64,000 nucleotides of DNA, taken from contig JAGABI010000011.1 in assembly GCA_017614715.1 (NCBI GenBank), positions 10,821 to 74,820 on the forward strand. Direction: 5' to 3'. Positions 16,917-27,192 of this stretch are shown in pieces (positions within the stretch are counted from its first letter, which is position 1; every line of letters begins with the position of its first letter). Below the pieces are notes generated by a model. It searched no databases, had not been told where the DNA came from, and saw only the letters and a program-made list of their open reading frames with translations. Position numbers and translations under genes: made by a program. The DNA comes from Bacteroidales bacterium. Lineage in GTDB: Bacteria > Bacteroidota > Bacteroidia > Bacteroidales > UBA932.

Positions 16917-18254
16917 ATGCTTTGCAATTCACAAATACTGGAAATAATCCACCGCGAAGTGCAGCCCGCGCTGGGTTGTACTGAGCCGATTGCGGTAGCA
17001 TTGGCGGTGGCCAAGGCCGTAGAGATCATAAAAGATAATTGCCCGGGTTGCTTAACAGACGAGTGGCGACTTAAGACCGATTTCAGTCTGGACATCGCCG
17101 TCAGCGGCAATATCCTCAAGAACGGTATGGGGGTCGGCATCCCCGGAACCGGCATGGTGGGTCTCCCCATTGCGGCGGCACTGGGCGCTGTCTGCGGAGA
17201 GTCCAGCCTCAAACTTGAGGTGCTGCAGCGCATCACTCCGGAGGCTGTGGCCCGTGCAAAGGAGCTTGTTGCGGAGCGCAAAGTGCGCATCCGGGTGGCC
17301 GACACGGAGCATCTGCTCTATGTGAAAGCGACCGTAACAGCAGACGGCATCACTACCGCCAGCGCCGAGGTCGACCCCTATGCCTACGCCATTATTGAAG
17401 ACGACCACGACCGCATTGTGGAGACCAGTTTTGAAGATAAGATACTGATGAGCAGCGAGTCTGCCGCCGCAGCTTCACAGTCTGACACCGATGGGGAATG
17501 GCTCACCGTGCAGGAGATTTATGACTTTGCCCTTAGGGTACCTTATGAAGATATCGCTTTCATACTGGACGACCGCACTTTAAACCTCGCCCTTGCCCGC
17601 GAAGGGCTTGCAGGGGACTACGGATTACGGGTTGGAAAGACCATCAAAGAGGGTAATCCGGAGGTGTTCGGCAATAACTATATGTGCTATGCCATGGCCC
17701 TCACCGCTGCGGCTTCTGACGCCAGAATGGCGGGCAGCACCCTCCCCGCAATGTCCAACAGCGGCAGCGGCAACCAGGGTATCACAGTGAGCATGCCCAT
17801 CATTGCATACGCCCTGCGTCATAAAATAGAAGACGAACAACTCGCCCGCGCCTTGATACTCAGCAACCTGGTTGCTATCCATATCAAGCACTATCTTGGC
17901 AAATTGTCTGCCCTCTGCGGGTGCGTAGTGGCCTCTACAGGTTCCGCTTGCGGCTTGGTGATGCTCCAGGGTGGCGGTTATGAACAGGTTTGCTACGCAA
18001 TCAAGAACATGGCGGGCAACATCACCGGAATGGTGTGCGACGGAGCCAAAGTGGGGTGCGCAATGAAAGTTGCATCAGGAGTGTCGAGCGCCATTCAATC
18101 TGCCGTGCTGGCCATGCAGGGCACTTGCATCCCTTCTACCGACGGCATTGTAACCGACGATGTGGAACAGACCATCCGGAATGTCGGGGCAATCGGATCG
18201 GCCGGCATGAAGGCCACCGACAATATGATTCTGGATATTATGCTCTGCAAGTAG
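16917..18254 (+). CDS. UPF0597 / serine dehydratase alpha-like family protein (CyuA/YhaM-like L-cysteine desulfidase)
   Basis: 445 aa. EVQPALGCTEPIAVALAVAKA near the N-terminus and the SNSGSGNQG motif, as in E. coli YhaM. Confidence 0.75.
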   Translation: MLCNSQILEIIHREVQPALGCTEPIAVALAVAKAVEIIKDNCPGCLTDEWRLKTDFSLDIAVSGNILKNGMGVGIPGTGMVGLPIAAALGAVCGESSLKLEVLQRITPEAVARAKELVAERKVRIRVADTEHLLYVKATVTADGITTASAEVDPYAYAIIEDDHDRIVETSFEDKILMSSESAAAASQSDTDGEWLTVQEIYDFALRVPYEDIAFILDDRTLNLALAREGLAGDYGLRVGKTIKEGNPEVFGNNYMCYAMALTAAASDARMAGSTLPAMSNSGSGNQGITVSMPIIAYALRHKIEDEQLARALILSNLVAIHIKHYLGKLSALCGCVVASTGSACGLVMLQGGGYEQVCYAIKNMAGNITGMVCDGAKVGCAMKVASGVSSAIQSAVLAMQGTCIPSTDGIVTDDVEQTIRNVGAIGSAGMKATDNMILDIMLCK

Positions 18255-18255
18255 A

Positions 18256-21048
18256 TTATCCCTTTAGCGCCCGTGCCGTCGGGGTATCTTTTGTCAAGAG
18301 TTCTTCCGGGGTTCCCTGGAAGATGAGGGTGCCGCCTTCGTCGCCGGCGCCGGGGCCGAGTTCTATGATATGGTCGGCGGCGCGGATCACGTCCAGGTTG
18401 TGCTCCACTACTATGATTGAATGGCCCTTGGCAATCAGGGCGTCAAAAGAGCGAAGCAGCTTCTCGATATCGTAGAAATGAAGTCCGGTGGTGGGTTCGT
18501 CAAAGATGAACAGTATAGGCCCGGTGGAGTTGTCTTTGCCGAGAAAAGATGCCAGTTTTATGCGCTGGCTCTCGCCGCCAGATAGTGTGCTGCTGCTCTG
18601 GCCCAGCTTGAGATATGCGAGGCCCACATCCATCAGCGGTTTGAGCCGCTCCGCGATGCGCCTGGCGCCGGCATCCTCTTTGCTGCCAAAGAAATCAAAC
18701 GCCTCGCTCACACTCATATCCAGCACGTCGCTGATACTTTTGCCGTGGTATTTCACCTCCAGGATATCGGGCAGGAACCGCTTGCCGCCGCAGGAAGGGC
18801 ACACCATGGTAACATCTGCCATAAACTGCATCTCTACCCTTATAACGCCCTCTCCCTGACACTCAGGACACCGACCTCCATCTATATTGAAAGAGAAGTG
18901 AGAATGGCCGTAGCCGTTCATCTTGGCGTACGGCTGCTCTGAGAAGAGCTTGCGGATATCGTCGTAAACTTTGGTGTAGGTCACCGGATTGGAGCGGCTG
19001 CTCTTACCTATCGGATTCTGGTCTACATATTCTACTGATGATATCCTGTCCAGGTCGCCACGGATCTCCTTGAACGCACCAAAACTCTCGCCCAGCTGAT
19101 TGATATGGCGGTAGAGCGCCGGATACAGGATATCGCCCACCAGGGAACTCTTGCCGCTGCCGCTTACACCCGTTACGGCTACCAGACAGCGCAACGGAAT
19201 GCTCACCGAGAGGTTCTTGAGGTTGTTCTGACATGCATCCACAACCTCAATGGCGTACTTACCCTTATGCTTAGTTTCCGGAAGATAGCCCTTGCGGCGG
19301 CCGTCAAGATACTCGAGGGTGAGCGACTTATTGCTCTCCCAGTCAACCCCGGAGGGCACAACCGGAGGGCCCTGGTATACCACCTCTCCTCCCAGCATTC
19401 CGGCGCGGGGACCAATGTCAATAACCTGGTCTGCCGCCTCTATGATCTCTTTGTCATGCTCCACCACAATCACCGTATTGCCCAGATCGCGCAACTTCTT
19501 GAGCACCGATATCAACCGCTGGGTGTCGCGGCTGTGGAGGCCGACGCTGGGTTCGTCCAGCACATACATAGAACCGACCAGATTGTTGCCGATTACCTTT
19601 ACCAGATTGATACGCTGGCTCTCGCCGCCGGACAAAGTAGATGAAGGGCGGTCCAGGGTAAGATAGCCCAGCCCCACCTCAACAATATAGTCGAGCCGTT
19701 CGCGGATCTCCTTGAGCGGCATCTCGGCCAGGGTACCTTCGTATTCATCCAGCTGCAGGTCGCGGAAAAATACCGCCAGGTCGCGGATCTGCATCGACAT
19801 CAAATCTGCTATGGATTTGCCGCCGATTTTGACATAGAGCGCCTCCTTGCGCAGGCGTGTACCGCCGCACACACGGCAGGTGGTCTTGCCGGAGTAGCGG
19901 CTCTGCATATACTTGAACTGTATCTTGTACCGGTTCTTGTCTACCCATGCAAAGAATCCGTCTATTCCGGTAAAGTATTCGTTGCCCTTCCAGAGAATCT
20001 CTTTCTCCTTTGCAGTCAAATCTTTATACGGCTTGAATATCGGGAAATCGAACTTGTATGCGTTGCTTACCAGCTCTTCTTTGTAATAATTCATCAATTC
20101 TCCCCGCCAGCAGGCTACCGCCCCGTCATATACGCTCAGCGTCGGGTTCGGAATCACCAGATTCTCATCTATGCCTACAATCTTGCCAAAGCCGCCGCAC
20201 TCGGGGCATGCTCCAAGCGGGCTGTTAAAACTGAACAGGTTCTCGCTGGGGCGTTCGAATGAAATTCCGTCCGCCTCAAAGAGATTTGAGAAGGGTCGCA
20301 TCGCCTCCGGCGAGCCGCAGAAGATATGTCCGCTCCCCTCCGAGAAGGCTGTCTTAAGCGAATCCAGGGCGCGGGCGGTGAAATCGGCATCATCGGCGAC
20401 AGAAACGCGTACGCGGTCTATCAGCAAGGCCAGACTGGACAGATTGCCAGGCGTTGCGGCACGCGAGAGGATATCATCTATCTTGAAGACCTCGCCGATG
20501 GCTACATCCACCATGCGGGTATAGCCACTCTCTTTGAGAGAAAGGAAAATCTCGGTGGCATTTTCCTCAGAGATGTTTTGGGCGGCGGCTATGAGCACAT
20601 ACCCGTCAATGGGGAGGGTAAGCATATAGTCCAGCACGCTCTTCTCAGTGTCGCAAACCACTTCGCGTCCGCTCACCGGAGAATAGGTACGGCCAATCTT
20701 TGCAAAGAGCAGTTGCAGATAATTGTATATCTCTGTGGTGGTGGCAATAGTGGAGCGGGAGTTTACGGTATTCACCTTCTGCTCCACCGCAATTGCCGGG
20801 GGAAGACCGGTGATATAATCCACCGCCGGTTTCGGGACGCGCCCCAGGAACTGTCGTGCAAAGGAAGAAAGGCTCTCTGCAAAGCGGCGGTGACCCTCTG
20901 CATAAAGGGTATCAAAAGCGAGCGAACTCTTGCCGCTGCCACTAACGCCGGTAATAACCACAAACTTGCCGCGGGGAATCTCCACGTCAATGTTCTTGAG
21001 GTTATTGGCCCGTGCAGCCTTTATGAATATGCAATCCTTGTTTCCCAT
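18256..21048 (-). CDS. uvrA: Excinuclease ABC subunit A
   Basis: 930 aa. [44 protein letters not shown], two ABC modules, and Zn-finger Cys clusters ([26 protein letters not shown]). Confidence 0.95.
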   Translation of the reverse strand: MGNKDCIFIKAARANNLKNIDVEIPRGKFVVITGVSGSGKSSLAFDTLYAEGHRRFAESLSSFARQFLGRVPKPAVDYITGLPPAIAVEQKVNTVNSRSTIATTTEIYNYLQLLFAKIGRTYSPVSGREVVCDTEKSVLDYMLTLPIDGYVLIAAAQNISEENATEIFLSLKESGYTRMVDVAIGEVFKIDDILSRAATPGNLSSLALLIDRVRVSVADDADFTARALDSLKTAFSEGSGHIFCGSPEAMRPFSNLFEADGISFERPSENLFSFNSPLGACPECGGFGKIVGIDENLVIPNPTLSVYDGAVACWRGELMNYYKEELVSNAYKFDFPIFKPYKDLTAKEKEILWKGNEYFTGIDGFFAWVDKNRYKIQFKYMQSRYSGKTTCRVCGGTRLRKEALYVKIGGKSIADLMSMQIRDLAVFFRDLQLDEYEGTLAEMPLKEIRERLDYIVEVGLGYLTLDRPSSTLSGGESQRINLVKVIGNNLVGSMYVLDEPSVGLHSRDTQRLISVLKKLRDLGNTVIVVEHDKEIIEAADQVIDIGPRAGMLGGEVVYQGPPVVPSGVDWESNKSLTLEYLDGRRKGYLPETKHKGKYAIEVVDACQNNLKNLSVSIPLRCLVAVTGVSGSGKSSLVGDILYPALYRHINQLGESFGAFKEIRGDLDRISSVEYVDQNPIGKSSRSNPVTYTKVYDDIRKLFSEQPYAKMNGYGHSHFSFNIDGGRCPECQGEGVIRVEMQFMADVTMVCPSCGGKRFLPDILEVKYHGKSISDVLDMSVSEAFDFFGSKEDAGARRIAERLKPLMDVGLAYLKLGQSSSTLSGGESQRIKLASFLGKDNSTGPILFIFDEPTTGLHFYDIEKLLRSFDALIAKGHSIIVVEHNLDVIRAADHIIELGPGAGDEGGTLIFQGTPEELLTKDTPTARALKG

Positions 21049-23166
21049 CTACTGCCGCGCCACCTGACGCACGTTCTTTAGTTTTCGCAATCCGGCCAGT
21101 ATCTTGTCCAGCATCAGGTTGCTGTTCACAAAAATAGTGGCGTCTATCTCTATCTCGCCCCGACGGTTACGGCTGCCGGTGAGCAGCTTGCGAACCAGGG
21201 CATGGTAGGAACTGATCACCCCCAGCACATCGTTAACCGCGCTCTCTTCATCCACTATCACCTTAAGGGCGACCTGAGAACTGCTGGTGGCGGCATCGCG
21301 ACGCCAGCGGACCTTCTGCACCCGGTGCGGATAGTTCGCTATAAGGCGGGCGGCGTTGGGGCAGGAAAGGCGATGTATCTTTATCCCTTCGTTGATGGTG
21401 ACAAAGCCGAAGACATCGTCGCCAAAAACCGGATTGCAGCACTTCGCCAGCTTGTACTCCACCCCGCTCAACGAACCGTTGCCTCCAATCTCCAGATAAT
21501 CGAGGCCGCTGTCGCGACGGACCTGGGTAACAGTGCGCTCGGGAGCAGCAATCTCCTCCTCCGCCTCCTGCAAAATCGCACTCTTAATCTCCGCCACATC
21601 TATCTTCTCTTCCCCGATAGCACCGAACAGTTCGTTGGCGGTCTTGAACTTGTATTTCTTTATCAGCGCCGTGAGCTGGTCGTCGCGGAGCACCAGTTTC
21701 CAGTTCTTAAGGCGACGGTCCAGAATCTCCTTGCCCGCCTTGGCCAGGGCGTTTTCACGCTCTTTGAGTTTCTGCTTGATCTTATTGCGCGCCTTGCTGG
21801 TAACCACATAGTTAAGCCAGTCTTCCGAGGGCTTTTGGTTCTTGGAGGTGATTATCTCCACCGTATCACCAGTCTTGAGCGGCTCGCGGATGGAGACCAT
21901 CTTGCCGTTTACACGGGCGCCGGTGCACTTAAGGCCCACGTTGGAGTGGATTTCAAAAGCAAAATCCAGCACAGAGCTGCCCGCCTTGAGCTGCCTGAGT
22001 TCTCCGTTGGGGGTGAACACGAACACATCCTGGTTGAGCAGGTTCTGCTCTGCATCCAGATAAGGGGTGTGATCCGGGTTCTCCATCATCCGCCGGACGG
22101 TCTGCAGCCACTCGCTAATAACCTCATCCCGTTTGACACCCTTGTAAGACCAGTGCGCGGCACCTCCAAGCTCGGCCTCATAATCCATACGCTCCGAGCG
22201 GATCTGCACCTCAACCCACTGTCCGGCGACATTCACCGTGCAGTGCAGCGACTGGTATCCGTTAGGCTTGGGGCGGTCCAGCCACTGGCGCAGGCGGCGC
22301 TCGTCCTGCGGATACTTCTCCGTGACAGTTGCAAACACCTCCCAGCAGGTACTAATCTCCTGCTCCGGAGGGACATCAACTATAAAGCGGATGGCAAACA
22401 CATCGTACACCTCGGTGATGGAGATGTTCTGGGCCTGCATCTTTTTCCAGATGGAATAGGCGCTCTTGGTGCGCGACTTAAGGTGATACCTGATCCCCTT
22501 TGCAGATATCGAGGCCTCCAGCGGCCGGATAAAACTCTCCACGAGCTTTTTGCGGTCCCGCTCGGTGGCTCTCAGATAATTGGATATCATGCGCCACTCT
22601 TCCGGGTTGGCATACTTAAGCCAAAGGTCCTCCAGCTCGCTCTTTATGTTGTACAGTCCCGACTGGTGAGCCAGCGGGATGTAAAGGAGCATTGTCTCGG
22701 CATTCTTGCGGGCCTGGTCGGACTTGGGGAATATGGTGAGCGAGCGCATTATCTCCAGCCGGTCTGCCAGCTTGATGATGAACACCCTCGGGTCGGTAGA
22801 ATAGTTGGCAATCAGCTTCCTGTAACGGTCAGCCTCCAACATTGTGTCGTGAGGCTTTATCTGGGATATCTTGTTGAGTCCGGCCGCCAGGGCAAGGGCC
22901 GTTTCCCCGCCAGAAAAACGTTCCAGCACAGTCGGGTCCACCCGGCTGGCTTCGTGCAGGAATACAGCTGCCACGCTGTCTGAGTCGAGCCCTATCTCGT
23001 TAGACACGATATCTGCCACCCCGATTGCGTGCTCAATAAAGGGATGATTGTTGCTGCGCAGCAATCCGTGCAAGGCCTCTTCCGCAAGGGTGTAAGCCTG
23101 CGTTATGGCAGCTTGCTGCGCGTCGCCGAAACCAGCGCATATTCTTGCTATATCCTCAGGAATCAT
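21049..23166 (-). CDS. RelA/SpoT homolog (long RSH); synthetase motifs intact, hydrolase HD motif degenerate (RelA-like)
   Basis: 705 aa. Synthetase core [40 protein letters not shown] and C-terminal ACT-like regions present. The N-terminal pseudo-HD reads [11 protein letters not shown] where Rel/SpoT enzymes have LLHDvvED. Confidence 0.9.
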   Translation of the reverse strand: MIPEDIARICAGFGDAQQAAITQAYTLAEEALHGLLRSNNHPFIEHAIGVADIVSNEIGLDSDSVAAVFLHEASRVDPTVLERFSGGETALALAAGLNKISQIKPHDTMLEADRYRKLIANYSTDPRVFIIKLADRLEIMRSLTIFPKSDQARKNAETMLLYIPLAHQSGLYNIKSELEDLWLKYANPEEWRMISNYLRATERDRKKLVESFIRPLEASISAKGIRYHLKSRTKSAYSIWKKMQAQNISITEVYDVFAIRFIVDVPPEQEISTCWEVFATVTEKYPQDERRLRQWLDRPKPNGYQSLHCTVNVAGQWVEVQIRSERMDYEAELGGAAHWSYKGVKRDEVISEWLQTVRRMMENPDHTPYLDAEQNLLNQDVFVFTPNGELRQLKAGSSVLDFAFEIHSNVGLKCTGARVNGKMVSIREPLKTGDTVEIITSKNQKPSEDWLNYVVTSKARNKIKQKLKERENALAKAGKEILDRRLKNWKLVLRDDQLTALIKKYKFKTANELFGAIGEEKIDVAEIKSAILQEAEEEIAAPERTVTQVRRDSGLDYLEIGGNGSLSGVEYKLAKCCNPVFGDDVFGFVTINEGIKIHRLSCPNAARLIANYPHRVQKVRWRRDAATSSSQVALKVIVDEESAVNDVLGVISSYHALVRKLLTGSRNRRGEIEIDATIFVNSNLMLDKILAGLRKLKNVRQVARQ

Positions 23167-25166
23167 CTCTTTGACAATACTTCTTTAAGGGCATTCATCT
23201 CGTCGCGGAAACGGGCGGCGTTAATAAAGTCAAGCTCGGCTGCGGCAGCCTCCATAGAGGCCTTCGTGGCCGCAATCATCTTCTCCAGGCTGCTCTTGTC
23301 CATCTGCGCGACAACGGGATCCTGCTGCAAAAATGCTGCCCGCTTCTGCTGCTCCTCCTTGTAATCTATCTCCCGCGCAAGATAACTCCGGTCGTGGCCG
23401 CCAACCTGGTGCGGCACTATATGATGCTCTGTATTATATGCCTGCTGCTTTGCCCGGCGACGGTTAGTTTCGTCTATGGTGGACTGCATCGATCCGGTGA
23501 TGGTGTCGGCGTAAAAGATAACCTTTCCGTTGATGTTGCGGGCCGCACGGCCGGCGGTCTGGGTAAGCGCACGGTCGCTCCTTAAGAAACCCTCCTTGTC
23601 GGCATCCAGGATTGCAACCAGCGATACGGCGGGAAGGTCCAGCCCCTCGCGCAGCAGGTTCACACCCACCAGCACGTCAAAGCGCCCCGCCTTGAAATCT
23701 TCTATAATCTCTACTCTCTCCAATGTATCCACATCGGAGTGAATATACCGGCAGCGTATCTCCATCCTTGTGAGATACTTCTCCAGTTCCTCAGCCATAC
23801 GTTTTGTCAAGGTCGTGACCAGCACCCGTTCGTCGTGTTCGGCACGAATCTGAATCTCCTCCATCAGGTCGTCTATCTGGTTTTTCGACGGGCGTACCTC
23901 AATCGGGGGGTCCAGCAGGCCGGTGGGACGCACCACCTGCTCTACAATTACGCCGCCGCACTCCTCCAGCTCCCAGTCGCCGGGGGTGGCGCTCACATAG
24001 AGCCTCTGCCCTATCAGGCTGTAGAACTCGTCAAATTTCAGGGGGCGGTTGTCGGCTGCCGCCGGGAGCCGGAAACCGTACTCCACAAGGGTCTCCTTGC
24101 GGCTCCGGTCGCCACCGTACATTGCCCTGATCTGAGGTATGGTCACATGGCTCTCATCTATAAACGTGAGGAAATCGCTCTGGAAATAATCTATCAGGCA
24201 GAAGGGCCGCTGCCCCGCCTTGCGCCCGTCAAAATAACGGGAATAGTTCTCTATACCGGAGCAATAACCTATCTCCTTTATCATCTCCACATCATATTCC
24301 ACCCTCTGGCGCAAGCGGTTGGCCTCGTGATGCCGGCCTACCGCGTTAAAATAGTCGCACCTGTCCACCATGTCGGCCAGAATATGGTCGATAGCCTTTG
24401 CCGCACGCTCTTTGGTGGTGAGGAAGTTGGTGGCGGGGAAAATCGATATTGAATCGTGATAGCCTATTGTAGCTCCGCTGGCGGGGTCAATCATCTCGAT
24501 GGCCTCAACCTCGTCACCCCAGAAAACTATCCGGTATGCAAAATCAGAATATGCGGGAAAGACATCTACACTGTCCCCCTTAACCCTGAAGCAGCCGCGC
24601 TTGAACTCCCCTTCCGTACGGGAATAGAGGGCATCCACAAGGCTGTATAAGAACTGATTGCGTTGCACCTCGTCCCCTTTGTTGATGAGGATGGTGCTGC
24701 TGTGGAAGTCATCCGGATTGCCTATGCCGTATAGGCAGCTGACAGATGATATCACAATCACGTCGCGCCTCCCGCTAAGCAGGGCGCTGCTGGCACTCAG
24801 GCGCAACCTGTCTATCTCGTCGTTGATGCTGAGGTCCTTCTCTATGTAAGTGTCGGTGGTTGGGATGTACGCCTCCGGCTGGTAATAGTCGTAGTAAGAG
24901 ACAAAATACTCAACCGCATTCTCCGGGAAAAAGTTCTTGAACTCAGTGTACAACTGGGCAGCCAGGGTTTTGTTGTGGCTCAGTATCAGCGCCGGACGCT
25001 GCAGACGCTCAATTACATTGGCCATAGTAAAGGTCTTTCCGCTGCCCGTCACGCCAAGCAATGTCTGGGCCTGGGCCCCGTTCCTGAAGCCCTCACAAAG
25101 CTGCTCGATTGCCTGAGGCTGGTCACCGGTAGGCTTGTATGGCGAATGAATCCTAAACTCTCCCAT
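23163..25166 (-). CDS. uvrB: Excinuclease ABC subunit B
   Basis: 667 aa. YKPTGDQPQAIEQL, GVTGSGKTFTMA, helicase motifs and a C-terminal UVR domain (AAELDFINAARFRDE). Confidence 0.95.
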   Translation of the reverse strand: MGEFRIHSPYKPTGDQPQAIEQLCEGFRNGAQAQTLLGVTGSGKTFTMANVIERLQRPALILSHNKTLAAQLYTEFKNFFPENAVEYFVSYYDYYQPEAYIPTTDTYIEKDLSINDEIDRLRLSASSALLSGRRDVIVISSVSCLYGIGNPDDFHSSTILINKGDEVQRNQFLYSLVDALYSRTEGEFKRGCFRVKGDSVDVFPAYSDFAYRIVFWGDEVEAIEMIDPASGATIGYHDSISIFPATNFLTTKERAAKAIDHILADMVDRCDYFNAVGRHHEANRLRQRVEYDVEMIKEIGYCSGIENYSRYFDGRKAGQRPFCLIDYFQSDFLTFIDESHVTIPQIRAMYGGDRSRKETLVEYGFRLPAAADNRPLKFDEFYSLIGQRLYVSATPGDWELEECGGVIVEQVVRPTGLLDPPIEVRPSKNQIDDLMEEIQIRAEHDERVLVTTLTKRMAEELEKYLTRMEIRCRYIHSDVDTLERVEIIEDFKAGRFDVLVGVNLLREGLDLPAVSLVAILDADKEGFLRSDRALTQTAGRAARNINGKVIFYADTITGSMQSTIDETNRRRAKQQAYNTEHHIVPHQVGGHDRSYLAREIDYKEEQQKRAAFLQQDPVVAQMDKSSLEKMIAATKASMEAAAAELDFINAARFRDEMNALKEVLSKR

Positions 25167-25173
25167 CAGACTA

Positions 25174-25181
25174 CAAATATA
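25174..25181 (-). promoter_or_regulatory. -7 promoter box (TATATTTG on the minus strand) for uvrB-rsh-uvrA
   Basis: The reverse complement reads tatatttg-tagtctg-ATG, so only 7 nt separate the box from the uvrB start codon. Confidence 0.4.
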
Positions 25182-25229
25182 CGTTTTCTAAAGAAGAAAT
25201 TACTAAATTAGCCCGCAGTTTCCACCATC

Positions 25230-26186
25230 ATGAAAAAGGCTGTCGCTATTATCATCACCGCGCTCTCAATCGCCCTGCATATTCCTGTTGCAGCACAAAC
25301 CGAGAAGTACGAGGAGATAGCTTCAGAGAGCCTTCAGAGGGAGATTGTAGAGCATCTTTGCGACTCCGTGATGGAGGGCCGCGGCTCAGGCACAGGGGGC
25401 GGTCTGCTCGCCCGCAATTATATCCTGGACCGCTTTGAACAGCTGGATCTGAGACCCTTTTACTTTAGCCGGCAGGAGTCATTCTTTTTTAATGAAAAGA
25501 TAACCATGCATAATGTTTTGGGGGTAGTTCCGGCGCTTGATATTTGCGACAAGTATATAGTGGTTTCCGCACACTACGACCACCTCGGGGTAATCAAGGG
25601 CAAGACCTACCCCGGCGCCGACGACAATGCCTCCGGGGTGGCTGCACTGCTGGCCCTGGCGCAGATGTTCTCCCAGATGAGGCAGGACGGCATTGGCCCG
25701 GCAGTGAACATACTTTTCGTGGCTTTCGACGGCAAGGAATACAGCATGGCCGGGAGCAAGCGTTTCATTGCAGAACTCCCCATAGCCCCGCAGGATATTG
25801 TCTGTGAGATAAATATGGACATCCTGGGCTCCACTCTGGTTCCCGTACGCAAGAATCCGGAGTACCTTATCATACTGGGGCGCAACACGTTGCCGGTGAA
25901 CATGCGCGACATAATCGCCAACTGCAACTGGAGACGCAACCTTAATCTGGACATCGACTTCACATTCTACGGCAGCGACGATTTTACCAAGACTATTTAC
26001 AAACTGGGCGACCACTACGCATTTAACCAGAAAGGGGTTCCGGCGCTGTTATTCACCTCCGGTTTTCACGAGCACACCCTCAAGACCACAGACACCCCGG
26101 CAATCATCAATTACGAGGTGCTAGCCAAGCGCACCAAACTCATATTCAACACAATACTGGGCATAGCCAATGTCAGCAATCATTGA
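25230..26186 (+). CDS. M28 family metallopeptidase (aminopeptidase-like), secreted
   Basis: 318 aa with a signal peptide. VVSAHYDHLG and GADDNASGVAALLALA zinc-ligand motifs. Confidence 0.8.
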   Translation: MKKAVAIIITALSIALHIPVAAQTEKYEEIASESLQREIVEHLCDSVMEGRGSGTGGGLLARNYILDRFEQLDLRPFYFSRQESFFFNEKITMHNVLGVVPALDICDKYIVVSAHYDHLGVIKGKTYPGADDNASGVAALLALAQMFSQMRQDGIGPAVNILFVAFDGKEYSMAGSKRFIAELPIAPQDIVCEINMDILGSTLVPVRKNPEYLIILGRNTLPVNMRDIIANCNWRRNLNLDIDFTFYGSDDFTKTIYKLGDHYAFNQKGVPALLFTSGFHEHTLKTTDTPAIINYEVLAKRTKLIFNTILGIANVSNH

Positions 26187-27192
26187 GTGCGTCCCCAACT
26201 TCAGCGAGGGGCACGACATATCTGTAATAGAGGCAATTGCAAGCAGTATCTCCAGCTGCAGCTGCAAGGTGCTCCACACCGACATGGGGTACGATACCCA
26301 TCGCACGGTGATCACATTTGCCGGCGAAGCCTCCGACGTGTGCACCGGTGCCTTTGAGGCGGTAAAGCGTGCTGCCAGCTTGATTGACATGAGGATTCAC
26401 ACCGGAGCCCACCCCAGGCAGGGCGCAACCGATGTGCTGCCGCTTGTCCCGGTATCTGGCATAACCATGGCCGAGTGCGCTTCCCTGGCGCGTAAATTGG
26501 CAGAGCGCATCTACACAGAGCTGGGCATCCCCTGCTACTGCTATGGAGAGGCTGCGCTTACTCCGGAACGCCGGCGGCTTGAGGTATGCCGCGAAGGTGA
26601 ATACGAAGCTCTGGCAGCCAAGATATCCGACCCCGCCCGCAGGCCAGATTTCTGTGGAGATTCCTTCACAATCCAGGCAGCGCGTTCCGGCGCAACCACC
26701 GTCGGTGCCCGCGACTTTCTGATAGCCGTAAACTTTAACCTCGATACCGATGATGTTGCAGCGGCCAAATCCATTGCGCTGGATGTGCGAGCAAAAGGAC
26801 GTGTGCAAAAAGACTCCGACGGCAACCTTATGCTGGATAGCTCCGGGAAGCCGGTATTTATCCCCGGCCTGCTGCCCGGCTGCAAAGCCATCGGCTGGTA
26901 TATCCCGGAATACGGCTTCGCCCAGGTATCGATGAACATCACCGACATCTCCCTCACCCCGCTGCACAAGGCTTACGAAACCGTATCCACCCAAGCCGCC
27001 AGGCGCGGCCTGCACGTCACCGGCACAGAAATAATCGGCCTCGTCCCCAAGCGCGTCCTCGTAGACGCTGGTCGCCATTTTGGCGCAAGAGGCAGCGAGC
27101 GGGAACTGATGGAACTGGCTGTAGAAAAAATGGGCCTGAGCACCCTCAGACCCTATAACCTAGAAGAACGCGTAATAGAGTATCTTCTTTAA
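26170..27192 (+). CDS. ftcD: Glutamate formimidoyltransferase
   Basis: 340 aa. N-terminal IIECVPNFSEG and ...DxxHNRTV-like (THRTVITF) motifs. Overlaps the M28 gene by 17 nt. Confidence 0.85.
   Translation: MSAIIECVPNFSEGHDISVIEAIASSISSCSCKVLHTDMGYDTHRTVITFAGEASDVCTGAFEAVKRAASLIDMRIHTGAHPRQGATDVLPLVPVSGITMAECASLARKLAERIYTELGIPCYCYGEAALTPERRRLEVCREGEYEALAAKISDPARRPDFCGDSFTIQAARSGATTVGARDFLIAVNFNLDTDDVAAAKSIALDVRAKGRVQKDSDGNLMLDSSGKPVFIPGLLPGCKAIGWYIPEYGFAQVSMNITDISLTPLHKAYETVSTQAARRGLHVTGTEIIGLVPKRVLVDAGRHFGARGSERELMELAVEKMGLSTLRPYNLEERVIEYLL

Noticed and set aside
21202-22983. ORF 21202-22983 (+, 593 aa), antisense to the RSH gene
   Set aside because: Shadow ORF with a Leu/Arg/Gly-rich translation. 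The RSH motifs on the minus strand are unambiguous.
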